DNA of 64,000 bases, from assembly GCA_963667665.2 (NCBI GenBank), contig OY763927.2:64001-128000 (forward strand), read 5' to 3'. Shown here piece by piece: positions 37,712 through 47,856 of the stretch. A program made the translations under genes and the position numbers. Under the pieces are notes generated by a model. That model was not told the origin of the DNA and did no database searches. It saw nothing but the letters and a program-made list of their open reading frames with translations. Each line of letters begins with the position of its first letter. The stretch's first letter is position 1. Source of the stretch: Nitrosopumilus sp. Its GTDB lineage: Archaea; Thermoproteota; Nitrososphaeria; Nitrososphaerales; Nitrosopumilaceae.

Positions 37712-38907
37712 ATTTTTTTTGACCTTCTCTTTTGTAATTTATTAGCTTCTGTTGTCTGCATTCCCCATAATTCTATAAATCCTTTGGCTAATCTCTGATC
37801 AAATGTTGACTCTGAACCATAAGTGACGATACCATGATTGTATAATGAATTATTAGATTTTCTTCCAACGACCCTTAGGCTTCCTTTGTACAACTTTAGT
37901 TTCACACTTCCTGATACTGGCTTTTGTGATGCCTCGATAAACCCATCTAGGTCTGTTTTTAGTGGGTCCTGCCAAAGCCCAGAATACACCAAGTATGCCC
38001 ATTCATCATCAATTAGGGATTTGAATTTATTTTCATGTTTTGTATGAACCATCTTTTCTAAATCAGCATGTGCTTCAATCAAACAAGTGGCTGCAGGAGT
38101 TTCATATACTTCACGGGATTTAATTCCAACAACTCTGTCTTCAATATGATCTACTATTCCGACACCTGCGGCACCCGCTTTTTTGTTAATATATTCAATT
38201 AATTTTTGAGAATCCATAATTTTATCATCAACTTTAACTGGAATTCCTTTTTCAAATTTAATTTCTAAATACGTTGGTTTGTCTGGCAAATTTTTTGTTT
38301 TAACCCAAATGAATGCATCATCAGGAGGTTCCTTGTATGGATCTTCTAGTACTCCACCTTCAATTGCACGTCCCCACAAGTTTTGATCAATACTGAATTT
38401 TTTTGCCACAGCATCAATTTCAATTCCATGTTTCTTTGCAAACTTTAATTCAGTATCCCTATCCAAGTTTTTGTCTCGAATTGGAGCAATGATTGGTAGG
38501 TTAGAACCAGATTGTAATGTGATATCAAATCGCACTTGATCATTTCCTTTACCTGAACATCCATGTGCTAACGATGTTACTTTTTCTTTTTTTGCAATCT
38601 CTAAAACTTTCTCTGCAATTAGTGGTCTTGCAAGTGCTGTTGCAAGACAATATTTTTTTTGATAAAGTGCATTGGCTTTAATTGATGGAAAAATATAGTC
38701 TTTGACAAATTCTTTTCGTGCATCAATGTTGTAATGTTTTTTCACACCCAGTTTTTTTGCTTTAGCTGCAATTTTTTTACTATCATCACCTTGTCCAACA
38801 TCTACTGTAACTGTAATGACATCCATGTCATGTTCTTCTTGTAGATATTTTACAACCACTGAAGTATCTAGTCCTCCAGAGAATGCAAGAATTCCTTTTT
38901 GAGTCAT
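37708..38907 (-). CDS. argG: argininosuccinate synthase
   Basis: AFSGGLDTS, HGCSGKGNDQVRF, GIKSREVYE. Confidence 0.96.
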   Translation of the reverse strand: MTQKGILAFSGGLDTSVVVKYLQEEHDMDVITVTVDVGQGDDSKKIAAKAKKLGVKKHYNIDARKEFVKDYIFPSIKANALYQKKYCLATALARPLIAEKVLEIAKKEKVTSLAHGCSGKGNDQVRFDITLQSGSNLPIIAPIRDKNLDRDTELKFAKKHGIEIDAVAKKFSIDQNLWGRAIEGGVLEDPYKEPPDDAFIWVKTKNLPDKPTYLEIKFEKGIPVKVDDKIMDSQKLIEYINKKAGAAGVGIVDHIEDRVVGIKSREVYETPAATCLIEAHADLEKMVHTKHENKFKSLIDDEWAYLVYSGLWQDPLKTDLDGFIEASQKPVSGSVKLKLYKGSLRVVGRKSNNSLYNHGIVTYGSESTFDQRLAKGFIELWGMQTTEANKLQKRRSKKI

Positions 38908-38949
38908 GAAACATCTTTCCCGTCGTATTTTGGAATTTATCTTTTGTGT

Positions 38950-38990
38950 TAGGCTGGAATTTAATTTTCTGAAAAAAAAATTTCAGCCTA
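38950..38990. promoter_or_regulatory. 13-bp inverted repeat in the divergent argG / ABC-transporter intergenic region
   Basis: TAGGCTGGAATTT (38950-38962) ... AAATTTCAGCCTA (38978-38990), 12/13 complementary. Confidence 0.35.
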
Positions 38991-39041
38991 GCTTGAGCTA
39001 AAATTCGATGATTATTTAACCGCCAAATATAACGCTGTTTT

Positions 39042-40064
39042 ATGAAAACCAGATCGTCAATTTCTGTAGGTATTGCAGGAATTGTGTTACTATCTGTATT
39101 GGGAATTACTCTTTCTAGTGATTCTACGCATGATCCTAAACTTCGTATTGCCTATTTTCCAAACATTGGCCATGCCATTCCAATAGTAGGAATAGAAAAA
39201 GGATTCTTTGAAGAAAGCATTGGAGATCAAGCTAAAATTGAAACCAGAGTTTTTGATAGTGGACCACAGGCAATAGAAGCCTTGTTTGCTAATTCTATTG
39301 ATGTTGCATATGTTGGACCAGGCCCTGCAATTAACGGATTTTTGAATTCGGAGAATCATAACGTAAAGATTCTTGCTGGTGCTGCAAGTGGTGGTGCTAG
39401 CTTTATTGTTCATCCAAACTCTGAAATAAATTCTGCTTCTGACTTTGCAGGGAAAAAAATTGCTACCCCTCAAATTGGTAATACACAAGATGTGTCACTG
39501 CGTCATTATCTTTCTGAAAATGGATTAAAACCAGCAGAAAAAGGTGGGTCTGTAATAGTTTACAATATTTCAAATCCTGATATCTATACACTATTTGTAA
39601 AAGGAGATATTGATGGTGCATGGGTTCCAGAGCCTTGGGCTACAATTTTAGAAACTGAGCTTGGTGGAAAACGATTATTCCATGAAGAAGAACTATGGCC
39701 AAACAACGAGTTTGCTTCTGTTCTTATAATTGCAAATGCAGATTATGTTGAAAAAAATAAAACATTAATGAATAATTTTTTAAATTCTCATCGTGAAACA
39801 GCAATCTGGATTAATCAACATCCAGTTGAAACTAGAATTGTCTTTAATGATTTTTTAAATTCTTATTTAGGTCAGTCTTTGTCTGATGATGTTGTAGATA
39901 TTGCATTATCTAATCTTGTAATTACCGCAGACCCATTACCTGATTCCATTTTTTCCTTTGCTGAAAGAGCTGATGCGCTAGGATATCTAGGAAGAAATGG
40001 ATATGATCTGTCTGAAATTTTTCTCTATTATGATATTAATCTAGTAGTGGAGGAAGATACGTAG
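39042..40064 (+). CDS. NitT/TauT (SsuA-like) ABC transporter substrate-binding protein
   Basis: N-terminal anchor, LRIAYFPN, YVGPGP, PQIGNTQD, WVPEPW. Confidence 0.87.
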   Translation: MKTRSSISVGIAGIVLLSVLGITLSSDSTHDPKLRIAYFPNIGHAIPIVGIEKGFFEESIGDQAKIETRVFDSGPQAIEALFANSIDVAYVGPGPAINGFLNSENHNVKILAGAASGGASFIVHPNSEINSASDFAGKKIATPQIGNTQDVSLRHYLSENGLKPAEKGGSVIVYNISNPDIYTLFVKGDIDGAWVPEPWATILETELGGKRLFHEEELWPNNEFASVLIIANADYVEKNKTLMNNFLNSHRETAIWINQHPVETRIVFNDFLNSYLGQSLSDDVVDIALSNLVITADPLPDSIFSFAERADALGYLGRNGYDLSEIFLYYDINLVVEEDT

Positions 40065-40829
40065 ATGACTAAGTTAGAGGCAAAAAATATTGTAAAGTTC
40101 TTTAGCCATGACTCTCACAAACTCGAGGCACTTGGTGGTATTAACCTAAAAGTTGAGGCTGGCGATTTTGTATGTTTAGTAGGCCCATCAGGTTGTGGGA
40201 AATCGACATTTTTACGCATAATTGCAGGCTTGGAGAAACCCGATACGGGTGAAATCATCTTTGATGGTCATCCCGTTACTGAGACTAGTCCAGAGAGAAT
40301 TATGGTATTTCAGGAGGGTGCACTATTTCCATGGCTTACAGTTCAAGATAATGTAGAATTTGGATTAAAGATGGCAGGTATTCCAAAGGAGGAGAGAGCA
40401 AAGATATCGAATAGATATCTGGATATGATGCAACTAACAAAATTTGCAAATTCTTACACTTACCAACTTTCAACTGGAATGAAACAGCGTGTAGCTATTG
40501 CTAGAGCACTTGTAATGGATCCTGATGTGTTACTAATGGATGAACCATTTGCAGCACTTGATGCACAAACTCGTGATTTACTTTTAGTTGAAATGCAACT
40601 AATTTGGGAAAAGACAAAGAAGACAATTTTGTTTGTTACTCATAATGTTGCAGAAGCTACAGTTCTTGGAAATAAAATTGCTGTTTTCAGTAATCGTCCA
40701 TCAATAATCAAAAAAGAATTTGAAAATAATTTTCCACGACCTAGAGTTACTGAAGATGAATCATTACTCAAACTACAACAAGACATCTTAGCAGAACTTA
40801 GACCTGAGGTAAAGAAAAACAAAGAGTGA
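40065..40829 (+). CDS. NitT/TauT ABC transporter ATP-binding protein
   Basis: GPSGCGKST, LSTGMKQR, LMDEPF. Confidence 0.92.
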   Translation: MTKLEAKNIVKFFSHDSHKLEALGGINLKVEAGDFVCLVGPSGCGKSTFLRIIAGLEKPDTGEIIFDGHPVTETSPERIMVFQEGALFPWLTVQDNVEFGLKMAGIPKEERAKISNRYLDMMQLTKFANSYTYQLSTGMKQRVAIARALVMDPDVLLMDEPFAALDAQTRDLLLVEMQLIWEKTKKTILFVTHNVAEATVLGNKIAVFSNRPSIIKKEFENNFPRPRVTEDESLLKLQQDILAELRPEVKKNKE

Positions 40830-41593
40830 TTGCGATGGGAAAAAATTTTACACCACATAGAATTGCATTTTACGTTGGAATCATTGTAATTTGGCAAATT
40901 ATTTCAATGGTTGGAGTTTGGCCTGATAATATCTTTCCATCTCCATATGAAGTAGCTGAAGACTTGGCATATAGTGCAGCAGATGGTAGCTTGTTTTATG
41001 GAATTGTAACAAGCATGTGGAGATTAGCAATTGGATTGACAATTGCAATTAGTGGAGGAGTTGTCTTAGGAATTTTCATGGCTAGAATTGAGGTAATCAA
41101 CCAAACTGTTGGCTCTTTAGTTTTAGGATTACAATCAATTCCTTCAATTGCATGGGTTCCACTTGCAATTCTTTGGTTTGGATTTACAGCTGGTGGAATT
41201 ATTTTTGTTACTGCAATTGGAGCAATCTTTGCAGTTACTATAAACACCTACACTGGAGTCAAAAATATTGATCCTCACTATATTGAGGCTGCAAGAAATA
41301 TGGGAGCAAAGGGAAGTCAGCTAATTACAGCGGTATTGATTCCTGCAGCATTTCCATACATGATTTCTGGCTTTAAACAGGGTTGGGCTTTTGCATGGAG
41401 AGGCGTAATTGGCGCTGAATTGTTATTTTCTTTCCTAGGACTTGGATTCCTACTTAATGCAGGACGTTCCCTAAATGATGTCTCACAAGTCATTTCAATA
41501 ATGATTGTGATAATGATAATTGGTCTTGTAATTGATAGTCTTGTATTCAAAAAACTAGAAAACAAAGTAATGTCCAGATGGGGATTACAATAA
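40826..41593 (+). CDS. NitT/TauT ABC transporter permease
   Basis: QSIPSIAWVPL, EAARNMGA (EAA loop), IGAEL. Confidence 0.9.
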   Translation: MIAMGKNFTPHRIAFYVGIIVIWQIISMVGVWPDNIFPSPYEVAEDLAYSAADGSLFYGIVTSMWRLAIGLTIAISGGVVLGIFMARIEVINQTVGSLVLGLQSIPSIAWVPLAILWFGFTAGGIIFVTAIGAIFAVTINTYTGVKNIDPHYIEAARNMGAKGSQLITAVLIPAAFPYMISGFKQGWAFAWRGVIGAELLFSFLGLGFLLNAGRSLNDVSQVISIMIVIMIIGLVIDSLVFKKLENKVMSRWGLQ

Positions 41594-41595
41594 TT

Positions 41596-42696
41596 TTAGA
41601 TTCTAACTTTTAGTGATACTACAAAAGCAACCACAATAATTGCAATTGCAAAATACATGACTGCAATATAATCAAATGCAAATGCGATACTTCCTGCAAT
41701 TATAGGACCAATTACTGTGGCAATTGATAATGTAGAACTAAAAATCCCAGTTGATGTAGAGCGTGGGTTGTTCTCCATAAGATGAAAGTTTCCTCCAATG
41801 AATAAAAATGCCCAAGTTGCTCCAACAATCGCCATAAATGGCATTGCCATCCACCAATCTGTAATTACTGCTAGTCCTACAAATACAAATACAGTACACC
41901 CAATTCCAATTTTGAATTTAGTTATATTAGAAATATTAATTCTGCTTGCCATCAAATTCATCAAGACAAATGCAGTCAATGTATTTGCAACATAGATGAT
42001 TGATATTTGATAAAGTTCAGCACCTAATTTCTCTATTAACATTAATGGAAAAATAGTCCATACAGCTGCTCCTCCAATATGTCTTAATAATAATGATAAG
42101 AATAGAAACTTGTTTTTTAGAATAATTTTTTTTGTAGTTCCTGGTTCTAGCTCTTTTTCTTGTGATATATTTGGTAATTTTATTGTAAACATTAATCCAA
42201 TTAGAAATGAAGCTGCACTAATTATGAAAATTAATTTTAGATCATTTGCAAATCCCGCAGCAGCAATTCCTGCAAGCCATCCTAATGCATGAAATGAAAT
42301 TATTGTTGCTGCTCTTTTTCTCTCGACATTTATCTCATATGCATAAGCAATCATTGCAGGAATCATTATTCCAGTTGCAATTCCCGCAATTATTCTTGCC
42401 AGAAATAAAAGAGTAATGTCATCTGCAAAATAATGCAATCCAAAGGCTGCAGCACACCCAATGAAGCCAATTCTGATAAATTTGAGCCTAGTTCCCTTCT
42501 TATCTGAATGTCTGCCAAAATAGATTTCAGATAAAATCTGAGCAAAACTAAATGAGGCTACAATAAGCCCAATCTCAAGAATAGAATCTGTAACACCTTT
42601 TGCAATAATGGGCATGAATACAAAGACAATAGCTATTCCAGCATGCTGAAAAAAGGTTGCACTACGAACTCGATTATTTACTTGAAAATTTTGCAT
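41596..42696 (-). CDS. MFS transporter
   Basis: Multiple TM segments; GRHSDKKG motif A. Confidence 0.82.
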   Translation of the reverse strand: MQNFQVNNRVRSATFFQHAGIAIVFVFMPIIAKGVTDSILEIGLIVASFSFAQILSEIYFGRHSDKKGTRLKFIRIGFIGCAAAFGLHYFADDITLLFLARIIAGIATGIMIPAMIAYAYEINVERKRAATIISFHALGWLAGIAAAGFANDLKLIFIISAASFLIGLMFTIKLPNISQEKELEPGTTKKIILKNKFLFLSLLLRHIGGAAVWTIFPLMLIEKLGAELYQISIIYVANTLTAFVLMNLMASRINISNITKFKIGIGCTVFVFVGLAVITDWWMAMPFMAIVGATWAFLFIGGNFHLMENNPRSTSTGIFSSTLSIATVIGPIIAGSIAFAFDYIAVMYFAIAIIVVAFVVSLKVRI

Positions 42697-42785
42697 AAAT
42701 GTACATGTAATTCATCTTTTACCTAATTTCAACATACGTATCAATCACCTCAATGTTTGTGGATTTTTCTGAAAAGAGTTAAACT

Positions 42786-43772
42786 GTGCAAGAACATTTT
42801 GAAATTAAGTTGACAGAAAAAGAACTGTTTTTAGATGCATTACAAAATAGAATTTTACTTTTTGATGGTGCAATGGGAACTGAGATTCAAAGGCATGATC
42901 CAAAACCAGAAGATTTTCCAAACAATCAAGATGGTTTTAATGATGGTTTAATTATAACGCATCCAGAATGGATTAAAGAAATTCACAGAAATTATTTAGA
43001 TGCAGGAGCTGATTGTATTGAAACAAATTCTTTTGGTTCAAATAAAATTAAACTAGATGAATATGGTTTTGGTGATCAAACAATTGAATTTAATAAAAAA
43101 ATTGCACAACTAGCATCTGAAGTTTGTGAAGAATATTCAGATACCACTCGATATGTAATTGGTTCTATGGGTCCGACAGGTTTTCTTCCTAGTTCAAATG
43201 ATCCTGACTTGGGGCAAAAACCACTTGATGAAATCAGAGAAGCATTTGAGCTACAAGCAGAAGGCCTAATTCTTGGAGGTGTTGATGCTTTACTCATTGA
43301 AACAAGTCAGGATATCTTGGAAGTGAAATTAATTATTGAGGCATGTCATAATGCCATAGAAAAGACTGGTAAGAAAGTTCCAATCATTTCTAATACTACT
43401 TTGGATCAATATGGAAAAATGCTACTTGGAACAAATATCCAATCTGCATACACTACTGTTTCTGATATGGGAATTGATGTTTTTGGATTGAATTGTTCAA
43501 CTGGTCCAATTGAGATGAATCCAAGTATCAGGTGGCTTGATGAGCAAAATGAACACAGCATATTGGTAGTACCAAATGCTGGAATGCCTGAAAATCAAGG
43601 AGGAAAAGCAGTTTACAAAATGACTCCTGAAAAGATGGGTGATGCGTTAGGTGATTTTCTTAATCAATACAAAAAGGTACGAATCATTGGAGGTTGCTGT
43701 GGAACAAATCCTGAACACATCAAGGTTCTAAGAAAAGTAATTGACGAAAAAGCCAATTCTCTCAAGGGTTAG
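42786..43772 (+). CDS. metH: cobalamin-dependent methionine synthase, homocysteine-binding module (split MetH, part 1)
   Basis: DGAMGT, GLNCSTGP, PNAG, GGCCGT Zn ligands. Confidence 0.9.
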   Translation: MQEHFEIKLTEKELFLDALQNRILLFDGAMGTEIQRHDPKPEDFPNNQDGFNDGLIITHPEWIKEIHRNYLDAGADCIETNSFGSNKIKLDEYGFGDQTIEFNKKIAQLASEVCEEYSDTTRYVIGSMGPTGFLPSSNDPDLGQKPLDEIREAFELQAEGLILGGVDALLIETSQDILEVKLIIEACHNAIEKTGKKVPIISNTTLDQYGKMLLGTNIQSAYTTVSDMGIDVFGLNCSTGPIEMNPSIRWLDEQNEHSILVVPNAGMPENQGGKAVYKMTPEKMGDALGDFLNQYKKVRIIGGCCGTNPEHIKVLRKVIDEKANSLKG

Positions 43773-43804
43773 GTATTTAGAAAAACTGAGGTGATTTTAC
43801 AATA

Positions 43805-46303
43805 TTGACTATTCCTAGAGTAAGTTCTGCACTAAAAGCAGTTGATCTAAAACAACTTCCAACTCCTTTAATCATTGGAGAGCGAATTAATACACAAGGT
43901 TCTCGTAAAGCAAAGAAGCTAGTTCTTGCTGATGATTATGATGGTTTGATTGATTTGGCAAGAATTCAGGTTGAAAATGGTGCTCATTGTCTTGATGTTT
44001 GTGTTGCAACCACTGAACGTTCTGATGAAAAAGAGTTTATGTTAAATCTTGTAAAAAGATTAAGTTTAGAAATTGATGCACCACTTGTAATTGATTCAAC
44101 TGATCCTGAAGTTGTTGAAGCATCAATAAAACAAATTCCTGGAAAGCCAATTATTAATTCAATAAATCTTGAAGGTGATGGTAGTAGATTTGAAAAGTTA
44201 GCACCATTAATGGCAAAGTACGGATTACCTTCTATTGCATTGTGCATTGGTCCAAATGGTATGGCCAAAACTCCACAACAAAAAGTAGAAACTGCTGAAC
44301 TTCTTTATGAAACTGGAAAAAAATATGGATTAAAAATTGAACAATTCATTTTTGATGTTCTAACATTTACTTTAGCTACAGGTGAAGATGAATTTCTTGA
44401 TGCAGGAAAAAATACTCTAGAGGGAATTCGTCTTGTTAAAGAAAAATTTCCAAACTCATTTACCACATTGGGTCTAAGTAACATCAGCTTTGGTCTTGCT
44501 TCATATGCAAGAAAAATTATCAATTCAGTGTTTCTGTATCATGCACTAAAATCTGGACTTGATACAGTTATTGTAAATGCTAAAGAGATTATTCCTTATG
44601 GTGAAATTAGTGAGAAAGAACGAAAACTTGCTGAAGATTTAATTTTTAACACTCATCCAAATGCATTATCTGAATTAATCACCCATTTTGAAAATGTAGG
44701 TTCTCAAAGTACCACTGCTGTCAAGCGAGTTGATGTTGATCCTTCTTGGCCTCCAGGAAAACGTGCTTACTTTAGAATTTTACACAGACTCAAAAATGGA
44801 ATTCAAAATGATGTTGTCTCTGCAATCGCAGACAAGCTAGGTAAAACTGAACTAATCAAAGAAAATGATGGAATTCTATCTTTGGATGCTACTCAAGAAA
44901 TTACACATGATGGTGCAATTAGAACCCTCAATGAAGATTTACTTCCTGCAATGAAAGAGGTCGGCGACAAATTTGGTGCAGGAGAATTGATCTTGCCATT
45001 TGTTCTCAAATCAGCTGAGTGTATGAAAGCAGCAGTTGATGAACTTGAAAAATATTTACTTAAAAAAGAGGGAGCAAGTAAAGGCAAACTTGTTTTGGGA
45101 ACAGTTTATGGCGATGTACATGACATTGGAAAAAATCTGGTAAAGACAATCTTTCAAAATAATGGTTATACTGTCTATGATTTAGGTAAACAAGTTCCAT
45201 TACAAAAATTCTTAGATAAAATTGATGAAGTCAATCCTGATGCTATAGGTTTGTCTGCATTGTTGGTTTCGACATCAAAGCAGATGCAGTTTTTTGTAGA
45301 ACATGCAAGAAAAAATAAAATGAATCTTCCAATTTTATGTGGAGGTGCTGCAATTAACACTAACTACATTAATAGAATTGCAAAAATTGATGGAATCTAC
45401 GAACCTGGTGTATTTTATTGTAATACCATGTTTGAAGGACTCAAAACAATGGATGTTTTAGTTTCAGATGAAAAATCAAAACTTTTGGCTACATGGAAAG
45501 AAAAAATGGAAAACTGGAAAGAAAAATCTACTGTTACAGTAGATTCTGCAAACCTTCCAAAGAGTAACATTAAGCCAGTTAAATCTCCAGTTCCTAAAAG
45601 TATTGGAGAACCAATTCGTCTAAAGACTGATCAAATCAAGATGGATGAAGTTTGGCAGATGATTGACAAAAAATCATTATTCAAACTATCCTGGGGTCTT
45701 AGGGGAAAAGCAGGTTCTGAATCAGAGGAAGAGCATGAAGATTTGTTAAACCAATGGAAGATTCGAATTATTCGAGAAAAGCTCTTTGAACCAGAGATTG
45801 TCTATGGATATTTTAGATGTCACAATAAAGATAAAAAATTAATTGTTGAAAATCCTTCAGGTGGTAGTGTAGAATTTGATTTTCCACGTTCTACAAAACA
45901 AGACCATCTCTGTTTGACTGATTATTTTGGTGAAGATGATATTGTTGCATTCCAATCAGTCACTGTGGGTAACAAAGTCGTAGAAATGATAGAACAATGG
46001 AATAAAGAAGACAAGTATACTGATGCTTACTATTTGCATGGATTAGCAGTTGAAGTGGCAGAAGCCTTGGCAGAATGGATTAATCAAAAAATTAAATCTG
46101 AACTGAACCTTGAACAAGGCGGACTTAGATACAGTTGGGGTTTTCCTAGTTGTCCAGACGTATCACAACATCATTTAGTTTGGAAACTTTTGCAACCAGA
46201 AAAATCTGGAATGGCGCTAACTGAATCCGGTCAGATTATTCCTGAACAATCAACTGCAGCAATTGTTGTTCATCATCCAAAAGCAAAATACTTTGTACTT
46301 TAA
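43805..46303 (+). CDS. metH: cobalamin-dependent methionine synthase, pterin/B12/reactivation modules (split MetH, part 2)
   Basis: IIGERIN..GS, GLSNISFG, GDVHDIGKN B12 motif, RYSWGFPSCPD. Confidence 0.92.
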   Translation: MTIPRVSSALKAVDLKQLPTPLIIGERINTQGSRKAKKLVLADDYDGLIDLARIQVENGAHCLDVCVATTERSDEKEFMLNLVKRLSLEIDAPLVIDSTDPEVVEASIKQIPGKPIINSINLEGDGSRFEKLAPLMAKYGLPSIALCIGPNGMAKTPQQKVETAELLYETGKKYGLKIEQFIFDVLTFTLATGEDEFLDAGKNTLEGIRLVKEKFPNSFTTLGLSNISFGLASYARKIINSVFLYHALKSGLDTVIVNAKEIIPYGEISEKERKLAEDLIFNTHPNALSELITHFENVGSQSTTAVKRVDVDPSWPPGKRAYFRILHRLKNGIQNDVVSAIADKLGKTELIKENDGILSLDATQEITHDGAIRTLNEDLLPAMKEVGDKFGAGELILPFVLKSAECMKAAVDELEKYLLKKEGASKGKLVLGTVYGDVHDIGKNLVKTIFQNNGYTVYDLGKQVPLQKFLDKIDEVNPDAIGLSALLVSTSKQMQFFVEHARKNKMNLPILCGGAAINTNYINRIAKIDGIYEPGVFYCNTMFEGLKTMDVLVSDEKSKLLATWKEKMENWKEKSTVTVDSANLPKSNIKPVKSPVPKSIGEPIRLKTDQIKMDEVWQMIDKKSLFKLSWGLRGKAGSESEEEHEDLLNQWKIRIIREKLFEPEIVYGYFRCHNKDKKLIVENPSGGSVEFDFPRSTKQDHLCLTDYFGEDDIVAFQSVTVGNKVVEMIEQWNKEDKYTDAYYLHGLAVEVAEALAEWINQKIKSELNLEQGGLRYSWGFPSCPDVSQHHLVWKLLQPEKSGMALTESGQIIPEQSTAAIVVHHPKAKYFVL

Positions 46304-47037
46304 CTCAATGATTTTTCTAAAAATTCATTCAAGCCATTAAAATCATTGGGTGATGTAATCAACACATCACCTGTAATTTTATGTGCATTTTTTACAAATT
46401 CTTCAAATACTTGGCTGTATGATGCTAATTCTAAATTCAAAAATTTGGCAGATTTTTCATTTTTTTCAGAAGGGAATAATATAATTGGAATTACTGAAAA
46501 TCCTTTTAGATTGTCAAAGAGATTTTGAACTTGTTGTATATTTTGAACTACTTGTGTCATGAATCCTTTAGGATTTGCTTCTAATTTTTTTGTAATTTTA
46601 GAAAAATTAGGTTCATTTGAAATTGAGAGATACAAATCAATTTTTGAATCTATACCTTGCTCTTTTAGTCTCTTTACAGTTGCACTTGGAATCTGACCAG
46701 AATCTGGTTTTCCAGTTTGTGATGGATCACCCATAAGTACCAAAATTCCTGAAAAACCTATGGTGATACAATTCTCTACAAACTCAGAAATCTCTTTTTC
46801 ACTCTTGTCTCTAACTCTTAGACTAACTGTAATTGGCATCTGTGGAATTTCTTTTTTAATAATTCTTCCAACTTCTATAGGTGATACTCTTTGATATCCT
46901 AAAACATTTTCAGTAAGATGTATTGCGTTACATTTTTCTGAAATATTTTTTATTTTTTTAATAAATTTTAAAATTGATTCATTTGTATCTACATTAGGTA
47001 AAATCTTTGGTGGATTAGCTTCATATCTGATTGTCAT
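46300..47037 (-). CDS. divergent methylenetetrahydrofolate-reductase-like protein
   Basis: ATG at 47037 (MTIRYEANPPK); E.NPPK, LRVRD, LVLMGD, FMTQ echo MetF motifs; convergent with metH. Confidence 0.6.
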   Translation of the reverse strand: MTIRYEANPPKILPNVDTNESILKFIKKIKNISEKCNAIHLTENVLGYQRVSPIEVGRIIKKEIPQMPITVSLRVRDKSEKEISEFVENCITIGFSGILVLMGDPSQTGKPDSGQIPSATVKRLKEQGIDSKIDLYLSISNEPNFSKITKKLEANPKGFMTQVVQNIQQVQNLFDNLKGFSVIPIILFPSEKNEKSAKFLNLELASYSQVFEEFVKNAHKITGDVLITSPNDFNGLNEFLEKSLS

Positions 47038-47111
47038 ATTGTCATTTTTTCTATCCTTGGTTAAAACCTTTGAATACCAAAACCCATGTGTAATAGTAGG
47101 AAAAAAACAAG

Positions 47112-47660
47112 ATGTTCTTAGATGAATTAAAATCAATATTTTCAAGTCCCATAAATCCTATGATAAAAACTGATGGAGAATTCAGATTGGCATCAGTACT
47201 TGTAGTAATTTATGGTAAAGAACCAATTGTTGTAATGACTGAAAAACCTAAACATATGAAATTTCATGCAGGTGAAATTTCATTTCCTGGTGGAAAATTA
47301 GATGTAAATGATTCAGATCTTTTACAAACAGCATTACGTGAAACTAGTGAAGAAATTGGACTTACAATTTCTAGAGAACAAGTAATTGGTCAACTAGAAC
47401 CTGTTGTTACTTTGAATTCTGGTTTTATGATTTTACCCTTTATCTCAATTATTGATAAAATTCCAACACTTGCTGCAAACTCTGAAGTTGAAAAAATTTT
47501 TCATATTCCACTAGAACCATTTTTAAAAACAATGGCAAATGATCCAGATCCATCTCATAATCTAATTAAAGCAATGTATACTTTTGAGTATCAAAACCAA
47601 ATAGTGTGGGGTGCTTCAGCAAGAATCCTAAAACAAATTAAAAATCTCACAAAATCCTGA
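47112..47660 (+). CDS. Nudix hydrolase, CoA pyrophosphatase (NudL-like)
   Basis: HAGEISFPGG...ALRETSEEIG, VWGASA. Confidence 0.88.
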   Translation: MFLDELKSIFSSPINPMIKTDGEFRLASVLVVIYGKEPIVVMTEKPKHMKFHAGEISFPGGKLDVNDSDLLQTALRETSEEIGLTISREQVIGQLEPVVTLNSGFMILPFISIIDKIPTLAANSEVEKIFHIPLEPFLKTMANDPDPSHNLIKAMYTFEYQNQIVWGASARILKQIKNLTKS

Positions 47661-47697
47661 GATTCATTTAAAAAGAGCTCTCCGTGCCTGAAATTCT

Positions 47698-47856
47698 ATG
47701 GCTGCACGTAAGTCCTCTCCAAGAAAAATTCGTCTGTTAAAAAAGACAAGACAGGCAGTACCAGTTCCAGCTTGGATAATTCTCAAAACAAAGCGAGCAG
47801 TTAGAACAAATCCAAAGCGTAGAGCTTGGAGATCAACTGATGTGGAGGTAGGATAG
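47698..47856 (+). CDS. rpl39e: 50S ribosomal protein eL39
   Basis: MAARKSSPRKIRLLKKTRQAVPVPAWIILKTKRAVRTNPKRRAWRSTDVEVG*; immediately precedes rpl31e. Confidence 0.92.
   Translation: MAARKSSPRKIRLLKKTRQAVPVPAWIILKTKRAVRTNPKRRAWRSTDVEVG

Noticed and set aside
43773-43804. Split metH as a frameshifted pseudogene
   Set aside because: The break falls at a domain boundary, a GAGGTG SD precedes part 2, and all catalytic motifs are intact
47038-47145. N-terminal extension of the ORF-track 281-aa protein
   Set aside because: Overlaps the divergent Nudix gene and its promoter; ATG at 47037 is the more plausible start
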